A DNA stretch of 64,000 bases from Balanoglossus misakiensis (taxonomy: Eukaryota > Animalia > Hemichordata), in the NCBI GenBank assembly GCA_040954595.2, contig CM082595.2, forward strand, positions 7,368,193-7,432,192, read 5' to 3'. The notes beneath the pieces are model-generated. The model worked only from the letters and a program-made list of their open reading frames with translations. It searched no databases and was not told where the DNA came from. Every line of letters begins with the position of its first letter. Positions within the stretch are counted from its first letter, which is position 1. Of the stretch, positions 52,150-63,287 are shown piece after piece. The translations under genes and the position numbers were made by a program.

Positions 52150-52882
52150 GGTGGCACTGCATGAAACCGTCGAGACTTTTTCAGAGGCCTATTTCTCATC
52201 AAAGAAAAAGTTAAAACCCCCATAAACCATATATATTCTGGAAGCTGAGATTTTGAACTTTTGTTTGAGTTGCAAATATTATTGATCCCCGGAAATGGTG
52301 GCGATTTTGGGTGAAAAAACCCATTTTTTGATATTATGTCATGAAATTTAAAATAGGTAAAAAAGTTGACCATGCATCATGCATCTTAATATGTCATTCA
52401 AAACTAGAGTACACGTGCAAAAAAACGCTAATTTTGTTTTGCGTTAGCTGCTTCCATTGAGGAGTAACAGCGTTTAAAAGTTAGATTTTCAGAAAATTTG
52501 ATCAAATTCACGGTGAGTTGTATTGAATCAGAGTTTATTCCCGCCAGGGACACTTTATCGACAAACAAAACTAGCGTTTTGTTGGATGGGTCATACACAA
52601 TTCCCTGTCAAAATTTGAGCAAATTCGGCCAACGCAGGGCGAAGCTATTTTAGTCCGAAGTTGTCAAGAGCAGCGAAAATGCAAACTGAGAAAAACGGCT
52701 ATTTGCATTGTTGACACCTATTTGTTAAGCTGTGAACTCATTCAGAAAAGTGCTATTTTGGGGTGATTATGCACCATTTCCGCCAAGACGTATTAGTCAG
52801 GTTGTGGGTCAGTATTAGGCCTATCGATTTATGTAAAGAAGTAAAATTTGGCAAAAATCACAACTTTTCATGCAATGCCACC
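52150..52882. mobile_element. Non-autonomous DNA transposon, TTAA TSD, Kolobok-like (family D)
   Basis: TTAA(52146-49)|GGTGGCACTGCATGAAA ... TTTCATGCAATGCCACC|TTAA(52883-86): 17-bp TIR with 1 mismatch. Confidence 0.88.
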
Positions 52883-54649
52883 TTAATCACAGTCACTCCT
52901 GTGGTTTAAAGGCCCTTCTCAACAGTTGTCCAATAAACAGTTACGTGCTAACACAAAGGATTTCTCATTTGCCTTCATTGTTCTGCCCTGGGATCGATGA
53001 ATCTTTAGCTGATGTTAAGTATAATTTCATTACATTCCAATAAAGAATGATTTGGTATGCATTTGTTAATTTCATGAAACTCAAAAAAATTGTATTTAGC
53101 AAGGCGTGGTCATCTTGTGATATCTTGTGATAATTTCCGTTTTTCTTTTGATCAAAATCGAATTGTCAGATTGAATATATGTAAATCTGCTTTCTATTCT
53201 AAGCCGGAGACATGTCAAACATTATAAATACAAACTTTGTATTTATCTTCAATATATCAGAGAAGGCAGTGCGTCTCTGCTGGTAGAGACACACTGCCTT
53301 CAAAAATATATCGTATTATTGCAGGCGGTAAATTATTCATGAAATGTTTCTGCTCTGTTAGCTTCGTTGATATGAAGCCGTGTGCGCATGCGTTGTAGCA
53401 ACATGATGAAAGATCGTCCAACCGTCCAACGTCTACTGTTAATTGTGTTCTGTTTGAAGTTTTGGATCTGAAATATTTATACCAGTCTTTTTCACAATCG
53501 TTTCTTTTAATTGTAGCAGGAGTTCTGTTACAATACGTGTCCCACCGGCGCACCCCGGGTTCACCCTTGGAGCTGAAGTATACAATCACAGTACATGTTG
53601 TGCATCTCACGGCACGAAAAATATTTATCCCAATTAAGTTACCATGACGACCCTTCTGTACACGCCAAATCACAGTATAAATATTTTAGAAAGATTTCTA
53701 AAATGCAATCGTATATTGACAGCTAACGTGATAATATAAATGTACAAAATTACAAATTTTGAAAAATCTTATCGTTCACTGGACTGTCACTTTACAAATG
53801 TATAATAACCTTGTACAAGAGTGTAACTGAGACAATGAGCGTTATTTGATGTAAGCCAAGAGTATAAGTTATCAATAAACATTTGGTTCGTACGCTTGTA
53901 TTCAAAAACATGTTTCACACTGCATTCTGGGACCTGATTAGAATGTTGACTGTCTGATAGGCACGAACAATATGTCCTTCACCCCTTAAGAGGTTAGCTT
54001 GGTGCAGTTCCCACTGCATTTGTAATCTCTAAACTAACCGTTTTCTGTGATGGTCGAGGTGCAACTACTTTGGACTCTTCAATGCTAGTTACCGCATAAC
54101 GACGGTTAATTGTCGATTGCCGTGCCATAAAGAATAGCAGTACAATCTATCAAATTAACATCTATTCACACAATTTACCAACAGTGTAATTTATCTATCC
54201 TCCTCACCACTAGGCAGGAGTGTGTTCAACGACTATTCCAACTACATTAAACATATAAAATTATCACACCCCAGGTTAACGAAGATGCTTTTTAGACACA
54301 TCCAATGTCTTTATGAGTATTCCATGTTGATAGAAATCCGTGGATAATATCGTGAATGTAAATCTACTTGTACACCTTTTACCCCGTGAATTTCTGAATT
54401 GAGAAGGACGATATATCTATTTCTCATAAATAAACGTTGATAAACCCTCAATATACCCTCTGTGGAAAATAGAATGATGCATCTTCCCCTTTGATTTATG
54501 TGGGGCCTTCTTATTAAAGCAATTTATGAGAGAGATATGAGGGGTAGATTTGAAAGATGTTCCGCAGATCAGCGCTCTGATTTCTGACTGATACGTGAAA
54601 ACAAAATTCCCCACTGGCATAAACAAGTGCGTCAGCGTTCCAACTCCTT

Positions 54650-55753
54650 CTAGATTTCTCTCTCTGTTACCTGAATCGCATTTGTCTCCATGGTAACTAC
54701 ATGATTGTTACTTTGAGTCGAGCCACTGAAGTCGATCACATTCGGTTTTGGGCTACACTTAAAGATTTTCAGCAATTCAGCCCGAAACATTTGATACTGC
54801 AAAGCGTATATCATAGGGTTTATGCAGAGGTTGAAAAACGCGAAAAGTTCTGGAATGTCGGAAAATCCCAGGAAAATAATGTCCTTATCGATTTCTGTGA
54901 TATTGTAAAGAAAGAATCGCAGAGCTTGTGGGGTCCAACAGAAAAGGTAAGCCAGTGAAACGAGGAACATAGTCTTTGTCACGTTCCGCATGGATTTTTC
55001 TTTGAAATTTTCCCGTTGGCGTCGGGTGCTTTGCGCAGGGCCCTGTTCCACGCGGACAGCAGTCGCTGGATTAGAAGAGTTTATTTGGCGGGACCGTTTT
55101 CTGAGAAACCAGATAATGCTGCTATAAGTAAAAATCATTCCCCCGAGGGGTAATACGTATTCCGTGACAAATATCAACAGACCGGATAACATCTGCAAGA
55201 AGCCAGGTAGTCTTTTGTACTTGCAGGACGACCCTTCTGCGAAATTGACAACGAGCCAAAATAATTCAAGTAGGAAAGGTATCAACCATACAAAGGCAAT
55301 TGCAATGCGAGCTTTGACTTTTGTGAATTGGTTTTTGTACTTCAACGGATGAACCACGGCGATGTATCTCTCTAGTGTCAGGAGCGTTAGATTCAGCGAC
55401 GAAACCATGATCAAACTCCAGTTAATGTACTCCGAATACCAAATCTTACAAAACAAATCCGCGAGAATGCGAGATTCGGGCACAGGGACAAGTGGTATGC
55501 AGTGGCGAAGGATAACAAAAATGGAACACACAAGGTCGATCACTGATTGGTTGATGATGAAAAGGTTTGTCAAACTGTGCAATGAACGTGCTCTGGAGTA
55601 AACATAGCAAACCAAAAGATTACCAACAATCCCCAGAGTACCTATGAATCCAAGAAAAACCGTCATTTGATAATCAGAAAAAAATCTTGACCAGCCAACG
55701 ACTGACCCACGCAACAAAGCCTCTGTTGTATTGGCGGCTGTTGTGTTTTCCAT
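54650..55753 (-). CDS. Class A (rhodopsin-like) GPCR, orphan peptide-receptor-like (galanin/allatostatin-A-like type), 367 aa, single coding exon
   Basis: Seven hydrophobic segments with GN (TM1), NQSVIDL (TM2), C..W before TM3, LTLERY (DRY variant), W in TM4, YVLP (TM5), CWTP (TM6) and NPMIY (TM7). N-terminal N-glycosylation sequons (NTT x2). Acceptor ccttctcttctag at 55881-82. Confidence 0.95.
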   Translation of the reverse strand: MENTTAANTTEALLRGSVVGWSRFFSDYQMTVFLGFIGTLGIVGNLLVCYVYSRARSLHSLTNLFIINQSVIDLVCSIFVILRHCIPLVPVPESRILADLFCKIWYSEYINWSLIMVSSLNLTLLTLERYIAVVHPLKYKNQFTKVKARIAIAFVWLIPFLLELFWLVVNFAEGSSCKYKRLPGFLQMLSGLLIFVTEYVLPLGGMIFTYSSIIWFLRKRSRQINSSNPATAVRVEQGPAQSTRRQRENFKEKSMRNVTKTMFLVSLAYLFCWTPQALRFFLYNITEIDKDIIFLGFSDIPELFAFFNLCINPMIYALQYQMFRAELLKIFKCSPKPNVIDFSGSTQSNNHVVTMETNAIQVTEREI

Positions 55754-56091
55754 TTGTGTCTATTTATATGTAATCGATTTGAAAGCAAGATGACAATCAA
55801 TTTAAGTCACAAACCCCTTACTGGTTCCGCCCTGTAGCGCAGGCGGGCCAAATGGCCAAAATGTACTGACAACTTGTCCACTAGAAGAGAAGGTTTACAA
55901 TGCCTGTTGACAATCTTCTGTTTCTATGCAAACAGGCCAGCACCTCTTGCGACGATCATACCAATGGAACTCATCCTGTGTCCGATGTTCATGAAATTAA
56001 GGTTGCATCTGTGTGACTTGTAACTATCTTCAGTGTGTACACAACTTGCACAACACGTATATACTGCAATTAGGATAACATAATAATACAA

Positions 56092-56220
56092 ATGATGATG
56101 GTGGTGGTGGTGGTGGTGGTGGTGGTGGTGATGATGATGATGATGATGATGGTGATGAGGGTGATTTGGATGATGAGGAGGACGGCGACGGGGGGCGGGG
56201 GCGGTAATGGTGATGATTAT
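56092..56220. repeat. (GGT)n/(GAT)n trinucleotide repeat
   Basis: Directly visible; gives the spurious poly-His ORF. Confidence 0.9.
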
Positions 56221-56577
56221 AATAGTTACTATCATTAAATATTAATACACATCTAACTTAATCAGTACGTGTAACTTGATTACTCTAACGGAAAAATCAT
56301 ATCTGGTACTGCTCTACTCTTTATATACAAATATATAAATTGAAATGGATTTCATTTTTTCATTTCTTCACTGTACGCATGCCAAAATATCTCTAATGAT
56401 AATTACTATCAAATCATATTTCCTTTTGTACTATATCTCAGAATTTCTATGAAGAACACAGTATACTCATTTATCTAGGAATGGATACTTAGATAAATGA
56501 GTATACTCATTCCCCGTGTAGTGGATCTTTGCAAAAGAGTGTTGTTTCTGAGTGATGATGGAGAAAAATAAATTTAA

Positions 56578-57084
56578 AGGCACGTAAGCTGCAACTTTTG
56601 GGATAATTTTCATATTTTTTTGTTTCAAACTGCACTACCATTAGTCCATGCAGATGAAGGCAGTGAACAATAAACAAGCATTATAAACCCTAAATATGAG
56701 TGCATATGCAAGTTTTAACCAGATAAATAATAAAGCTTTGCCGCAAGCGATTATGGCCGCCACCGTGGGAAAGTGCAAGAAACAATGAAAATGTCGCATT
56801 TCCGGTTGTGAAACTTCATAAACAAAACATGATCTCATCCACTTGAGCTCATGGAAGTAAATTTACACCACTGAGACATCAGATTTTCATTTTTCATTGC
56901 AATATTATTGCACTTTTTTTAAAATTGCAGGAATTTTCGTTTTTCTTTAATTGTTGGCCTTTTTGTCATAAATAAGTGTTGAGCTTGATATATTATCATG
57001 AAATAGCATTTAATAGACATAATTAAAAGCATATATGAGATTATTTAAAACTTTAATTTTTATCCAGTTGCAGCTCATGTGCCT
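56578..57084. mobile_element. Non-autonomous DNA transposon, TTAA TSD, Kolobok-like (family E), within the predicted GPCR intron
   Basis: TTAA(56574-77)|AGGCACGTAAGCTGCAACT ... AGTTGCAGCTCATGTGCCT|TTAA(57085-88). Confidence 0.85.
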
Positions 57085-57579
57085 TTAAGCAGAAATTCAG
57101 TGCTGGTGGTATAAACAATTGTTATTATTTTTTACTTGTGCTGTCCACAAGAACATTTGGATTTGACTTAATGTTTGTAATGTCTGTGCACACGAAGATA
57201 TGCACATGCGCATAAGACAATAGTCGGCCTTTAACTGTCCACCTTGAGAATCAATCATTTTATTGTACCTATTGTCACCTAAAACTTCAAACTAACACAG
57301 TTTATGTAAGACATAGACATGTTAAGTTAGTTATGTTAAAGTCTGTGTGTATACTAGTCTTCTTAGACTTGGGACTGCAGAAGCACACCACAAACACACA
57401 CACAAGAAGATCTCGTTCATCATTTAATTGCCTGATAGATATTTAATTTAACGAAGGCAGACAGTCGCATTTTCAGAAATTTCACTTATACATCTATTTT
57501 TTTAATTTCATAATTCGGTTTACATCGCAAAATAGTAATTCAGACAATTAAAGTAAAAGATGATCATGGTGATAGTTAC

Positions 57580-57648
57580 CTCTATCTGTAGCTTCTGACT
57601 GTGACGTTGAATTCTTTTCGTTCCGTCGCATTCGATTTCCGAGTAGTC
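57580..57648 (-). other. Probable 5' UTR exon of the GPCR gene (69 nt), copy A
   Basis: Minus strand: cctgttttgcag|GACTACTC...ATAGAG|gtaact; paralogous to 58596-58664. Confidence 0.55.
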
Positions 57649-58319
57649 CTGCAAAACAGGACAAACATTTGAAATACATGGTTATCTCGACTGGTAAACG
57701 ACAATATCTAAATTACCATTACTGAAGATTTTCACGTCTTTTATAAATTATTGAAAAAAACTGTATATACGGATATTGGGACGGAAAACAATGGATTTGG
57801 GATGGAAAACAATTGATTTACATTATTAAAGAGACAAAGTCTCTCTCTCGCTGCCTTTTATTCATTAAATGTGTTTGATACAAGACACTGTTTATGTTAT
57901 TCTACATGTGAATATATAGTTAATCAACGTTCGACTACACACAACATCCATCCCACTTGTAGACACGAGAGTAAAAAACTCGCCAAATGAATAATCGGTC
58001 TATACCATTTAAATTTCTGGGTTTTAATCTCTTTGTGGTGAATTCATAATTTCTGGCTGAGTGAAACGAGAGTGCCTTTATCTGCTCTGTTAAAAACGAG
58101 TGAATGTTGAGATGTAAAGTATGTACAAGGAAATGTGTAATTATCCAGAAATAATAAGAATATTTGAATCTATTATTTCCATCATGTATGTTTTCCGTTT
58201 GTTGTCTTCGTTTTGATTTTGTTTAAATAAGCTGATGTAACACTTTTTATGGGGGTCACACACACACACCATTAAGAAGGTTCTGAAGCGCCTCAGATGA
58301 AATATTATTACGTGCGAAC

Positions 58320-58518
58320 GGTTTAAGTGGTCCTGAAACGTCTCAGATTAGAAACCGTATTAAAAAACGTGTGGACGGTGTAAGTGGTTCTGAAATGCCT
58401 TCAGCGCCTATACATAAACTTTGTGTGTGTGTGGACACACCGCGACTCAAAGGATTAATGCTCTGTGTTTACAAAAGGCAAATAGTGTCTCAATTTTTTT
58501 TCGTGTGTGAACCTGGTA
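58320..58518 (+). mobile_element. Interspersed repeat family B
   Basis: Matches 32820-33071 and ends in TGAACCTGGTA. Confidence 0.8.
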
Positions 58519-58595
58519 TAAGTGAGGTTTTATAAAAGATTTAGAAAATCAGAAGTCAGATACCAAAAGTGCAAAATGATCAAGGTGATAGTTAC

Positions 58596-58664
58596 CTCTA
58601 CAGCTTCCTATATTGGAACGTTGAAATCTTGCCGCTTCCTCGCCTTTGATTTATGAGTATAGTC
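58596..58664 (-). other. Probable 5' UTR exon of the GPCR gene (69 nt), copy B
   Basis: Minus strand: gttctatttgtag|GACTATAC...GTAGAG|gtaact; stops in all three frames, so non-coding. Confidence 0.55.
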
Positions 58665-59371
58665 CTACAAATAGAACACACATTTGAAATATTTAGAGCT
58701 CTTGACCGGTAAATAATGACATCTAAATTATCATTACTGAAGAAATTTAAAAATAATGCAGGCATCGAAAGACGAGAACAGACGAAAACAAATGACAACG
58801 ATGTAAACTAGAATGGGGGCGAATAACAATGGAGACAAAATAAACACAAACAAGAGGTGAAAACAGAGGATAATACGTGAAGACACACGACAGATTAAAC
58901 TGAGCCTTACAATTATATTGGCCAAGCAGGTTTTCAACACATAAGCGCACTGAGTGAATAACTAGTAGCTTGGGAAGCCGGCTGGGCTATGAACTACGGC
59001 ACAAATATTGTGACTGATGCATCGATCCCAGATCGCGTGTTCACTGGTCGAGTGACAAATCACAGTACTTTGAAAGCTTAACATCATTTGGTTTTTATAC
59101 AAAGCACGTGCCCCTCCTAGTATATAGCGTATTTTTATTGGGCAAGGTGATCACGTGACATTTGTTGCCACTTGCGGGCGACACTCGCAGAATATACAGT
59201 AAATGTCATCATGTATTTTCCCGCTCAAAAAATTGTGACTGGAAGAATAACCCGTCTTGTCATTGTCACAGTTAGTATTTCACGTTTAGCCCTCTAAATT
59301 GCTGTGAGGTTTGACATTGCCATACTTCGTCTAAATCTACTTATATCAGCAACAGAATTCTCAGATAACGA

Positions 59372-59373
59372 GA

Positions 59374-59407
<34 letters not shown>

Positions 59408-59470
59408 CGACGACGACGATGATGATGATGATGAGGAGGAGGAGGAGTAGGAGGATGGTGGTGGAGGTGG
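59372..59470. repeat. (GAT)n-(GAC)n-(GAG)n-(GGT)n trinucleotide repeat
   Basis: Directly visible. Confidence 0.9.
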
Positions 59471-60449
59471 TTGTGTTGGTATATATATTATGACGATAAA
59501 TATTTCCCTAAAATACCATGGTACTTATAGTTGGCAGTCACAACTTTGTATGTATGAGGCCAATCTTTCTTTCATTGATCGTAATGTAGATTTGACTAAT
59601 CAAAATGTCACTTTCGATGAGCATTAACGTTTAATATCTTAGGGGATTAAGCTCTTGAATACTTGTGGTAGTCGTTTAGAGATTGCACTCCAGTGTAGAT
59701 GATGATAAAATATTTCTGATATCGACCTCAGTATTAATTTCCTTGGGATCCTTTTACATATCCTGTATAAGTAAACCTCAGGCAAGAAACATATAGTAGT
59801 GTCACCTGAAAAGAAACTGTGGTAGTTTTGCTCCGTGCCCCATTTTAGCAGCAATTAGGTTTTTTATGATAAAATTATAAACATATTAACTCCCCAGGAA
59901 AAGCAGTCGATGTTTAGTGTTAATAGAAAGCATCTTCATGAATAGATCTCGGTATACACGTGGGTGTAATTGATTATGCTTCAAGCTATTCGATAGGAGA
60001 TGATCTCTCTGGCTCATCTAATGGCCTTTAAATAAAACAGCGTGCTAAATGCGACTACTTTGATTTCATCTTGAAAACAACTCGAAGATATGGCTTACAG
60101 ACGGGATTAATTATGTATTTATTGTGTAATAGTGCATTAGTCGTTATATCAAGTAACCCGGAATGTGTGCAACTGGCCACAGATACAGTGTCGTAATTGG
60201 CTGAGACCCGCTTTTAATTTATACAAGCCGTGGTTGTAAACGAACAGCAGACAGGGTTTACGATATTTAGATATCAAGAAAATAGTTCTGTCTCTTCAAA
60301 TTTATATTCGGGTGACAATGTGATATGTGAATTGGTTTATTGATTGAGAAAAAATACAAGCTTTCGCTTGGTAAAACTATCACTACCTAAATCGACAAAT
60401 ATTCTGCAACTTCTTCGAAAATATGCCCTGCGAGTCGTACTTCGGCTTA

Positions 60450-60810
60450 CATGTCCGCCATTTTGAATTAATGAGTTGTTCGCTGCGAGTCACCTCCGTC
60501 TTACGCCTTCCATTGTTACAAAACGTTCGCGAAAAACAATGACAAAAGATCGTTCAACATGAAAACGTTTTGTGAATGCTTGCGCAGGGCGTTTTTGTAC
60601 TTCGTCGAACGATAGGCTTGTCAATGGATCATTTCACGGTTATCGGCGCCATCTTGAACGGGGGGCAAATGGCGGCTGTTTCGACGCATGTGGCGTCCTT
60701 CATTGTTGTCATTAGAGCAAACACGGAAGTGTCGTCTCTTAGCAGCTCCTGCCACTTTTCGAAATTTTCCTGAAATTGGTCAACTTTTTTCCATCACAAC
60801 AGGTAAATTA
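60450..60810. promoter_or_regulatory. CpG-richer promoter-like segment with YY1- and ETS-type motifs
   Basis: CCGCCATTTTG (~60456), CGCCATCTTG (~60647), AAATGGCGGC (~60667), ACGGAAGTG (~60723) and a donor-like CAG|GTAAAT (~60802). No target gene identified. Confidence 0.35.
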
Positions 60811-61642
60811 ACTCGGAAAGTTGTATCAAATACCAAAACTTTCCAAATGTATTACTGTCATCCTTTTTACGCGATTTATCCAACTTGTAATCGTGCTGCA
60901 GATAACACGTAATAGCACCACTGCATAGTTAAGCTGTCATGTACCACTAAATAAACACATATGGGGTCAAAAAATTTTGCCCAAATTTCGGGTGACCTCA
61001 GATGACCATTCTGGCTTGTGCCCTGCCATTGTTGTTGCAGCTATATTCTTATCTCGTATCATTAAAGTGTATTGGGCAAAAGTTCAAGAATTTTGCCTGA
61101 AACGTTCGTTACCGAAGTCAACAGAGTGGAAATCAAAGGTGTTTGTTGGTTCATACATTTTAGACTGTACTATAATGCCTTAATGATTTACTAAAGTGTC
61201 CTGGACAATGACAGAAGCCCTGTACCGTGCACCTAGGTGGGTCTTGAAACTTGTGTACAGACGAAACCGAGTGGGCCTTATCTGGTATTAACCACCGTGT
61301 TGGTCTCTCGACCATTTGCAATGGAAAAACACACCCAAAAGCGGGCGTCACTGACGAAATCTCTACATTTTAGACTCTGTTGGATACAACTATAATACCA
61401 GAAATGTTGAATGTTGCATTGTGGGTATGTTTTGTGTTACCATGTTGTGTCGTGAATTTTCAATGCATGGAACTGCAGATTGATCACTTTGCGTGTTATA
61501 ACTTATTCCTAGACTAATTCATGTCGTAGAAACCGTCCTTGAGGCCTATTGCTTTGCTTTGCTGATTTGTCCTGTTATAATTTTATTTTAAACGAACTTG
61601 TTCTTGGCGTAACATGTTGGTCTGTCAGCAAATTAATTAATT

Positions 61643-62640
61643 AAATATAGCTGTGAACAGCAATAAGCGGGTTTCGAGACACTGCTAGCCCTATTGGTTC
61701 GCCTGGAGATAGATATGTGCATATTTAATTAGTCAGGGTGGAGGATGTGGGAAAGTTGGTCAAACGTCATGTGAGGTCACCCTAAATATGAGCAGAAAAT
61801 TTTGACACTATATTGGTCCATGTCCAATAAAAACCACACATCTAGCCCTATTGGTTCGTGTGTACTTAGTTATGCACATAGTTAGGCAGGTGTCACAGGT
61901 GGTCCTAAATTTTGGCTACTTATTTTGGTACCATCCTCCCAAACACCTAAGCTGTACCTGCTGTGGATGCCGAGATATGCGGAGGTAGGTCAAAGGTCAC
62001 CCAAGGTCACCCGAAATTTGGGGGGAAAATTTGACCCCATACTGGTCCATGTCCAACAAACACCAGACCTGTAGTCCTGTTAGTTCGCCTGGAATTAGGT
62101 ATGCACATAATTAATGAGTTAGGCAGGTGTCACAGGTGACCCTAAATTTTGGCTTCTTATTTTGGTACCATCCACCCAAACACCTAAGCTGTACCTGCTG
62201 TAAATGCCGAGATATGAGGAAGTAGGTCAAAGGTCACCCAAGGTCACCCCAAATTTTGGGGGATAATTTGACCCCATACTGGTTCATGTCCAACAAAAAT
62301 CAGACCTGTAGCCCTATTGGTTTGCCTGGAATTAGGTATGCACATAATTAATGAGTTAGGCAGGTGTCACAGGTGACCCTTGAATTTGGCTTCTTATTTT
62401 GGTACCATCCACCCAAACACCTAAGCTGTACCTGCTCTGGATGCCGAGATATACGGAAGAAGGTCAAAGGTCACTCAAGGTCACCCCAAATTTTGGGGGA
62501 TAATTTGACCCCATACTGGTCCATGTCTAACAAAAATCAGACCTGTAGCCCTATTGGTTTGCCTCGAATTAGGTATGCACATAATTAATGAGTTAGGCAG
62601 GTGTCACAGGTGACCCTTGAATTAATTTGGCTTCTTTTTG
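61643..62640 (+). mobile_element. Helentron-associated (HINE-like) element with an internal 237-bp tandem array (~4 units)
   Basis: AGGCAGGTGTCACAGGTG at 61884, 62121, 62358 and 62595 (period exactly 237). Starts with AAATATAGCTGTGAACAGC. The array is certain; the HINE class is inferred. Confidence 0.7.
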
Positions 62641-63287
62641 TGGTCCTATGCTGCACACTGGCCGATAGGACTATTGCACCAACCAGAATTCTACAAAACG
62701 ACTTGGCCATAGCTTAACTATAGTGGAATACGTATAGGTATAGATTTCATAAAAAAATTAATATAAAAAAATCGGTCGATTTTTCATATTATTTTTTCCA
62801 GTTGGAACTGATTGTTGGAAGGTAGGCTAGCTGCACAGTAAATTTGAAGCTGATCAGCCCAGCGGATGTTGAGATATTGGGCATAAATCTAAGATCCTAG
62901 GTGGCCATAGCTTAACTATGGAAAGTATAGGCCTAAGGCTGGGTCCAATGGTCTTGAAAAATATGAAAAATAATGCTTTAAAAATCATCTCCTCAAAATC
63001 GGCAAAGACTTGAACATTGAAATTTTGCATATAGGACCCTGGCCATATGGTCCACAAAGTTTGTTCAAAGAATTTTGATTCGTCATTTTTTATGCAAATG
63101 AGATCAATTTTAAACTTTCAATCCAAGATGGCTGCCAGGTCATGTGACCTGTTGCCATAGTTACATGATCAGAAAATTACTTGCTTTGAGTTTTACCTAT
63201 GAGCCAAATTTCAAGTCATTGGGTGCAACGGTCTTCGAATAGCGGCTGTTTTTAAGAGTGGGAAGAAGAATAATAATAATAATAAAA

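Noticed and set aside
53257-53673. 138-aa minus-strand ORF downstream of the GPCR
   Set aside because: Non-ATG start and no domain features; likely UTR or intergenic.
55924-56235. Poly-His ORF
   Set aside because: Arises from the (GGT)/(GAT) trinucleotide tract.
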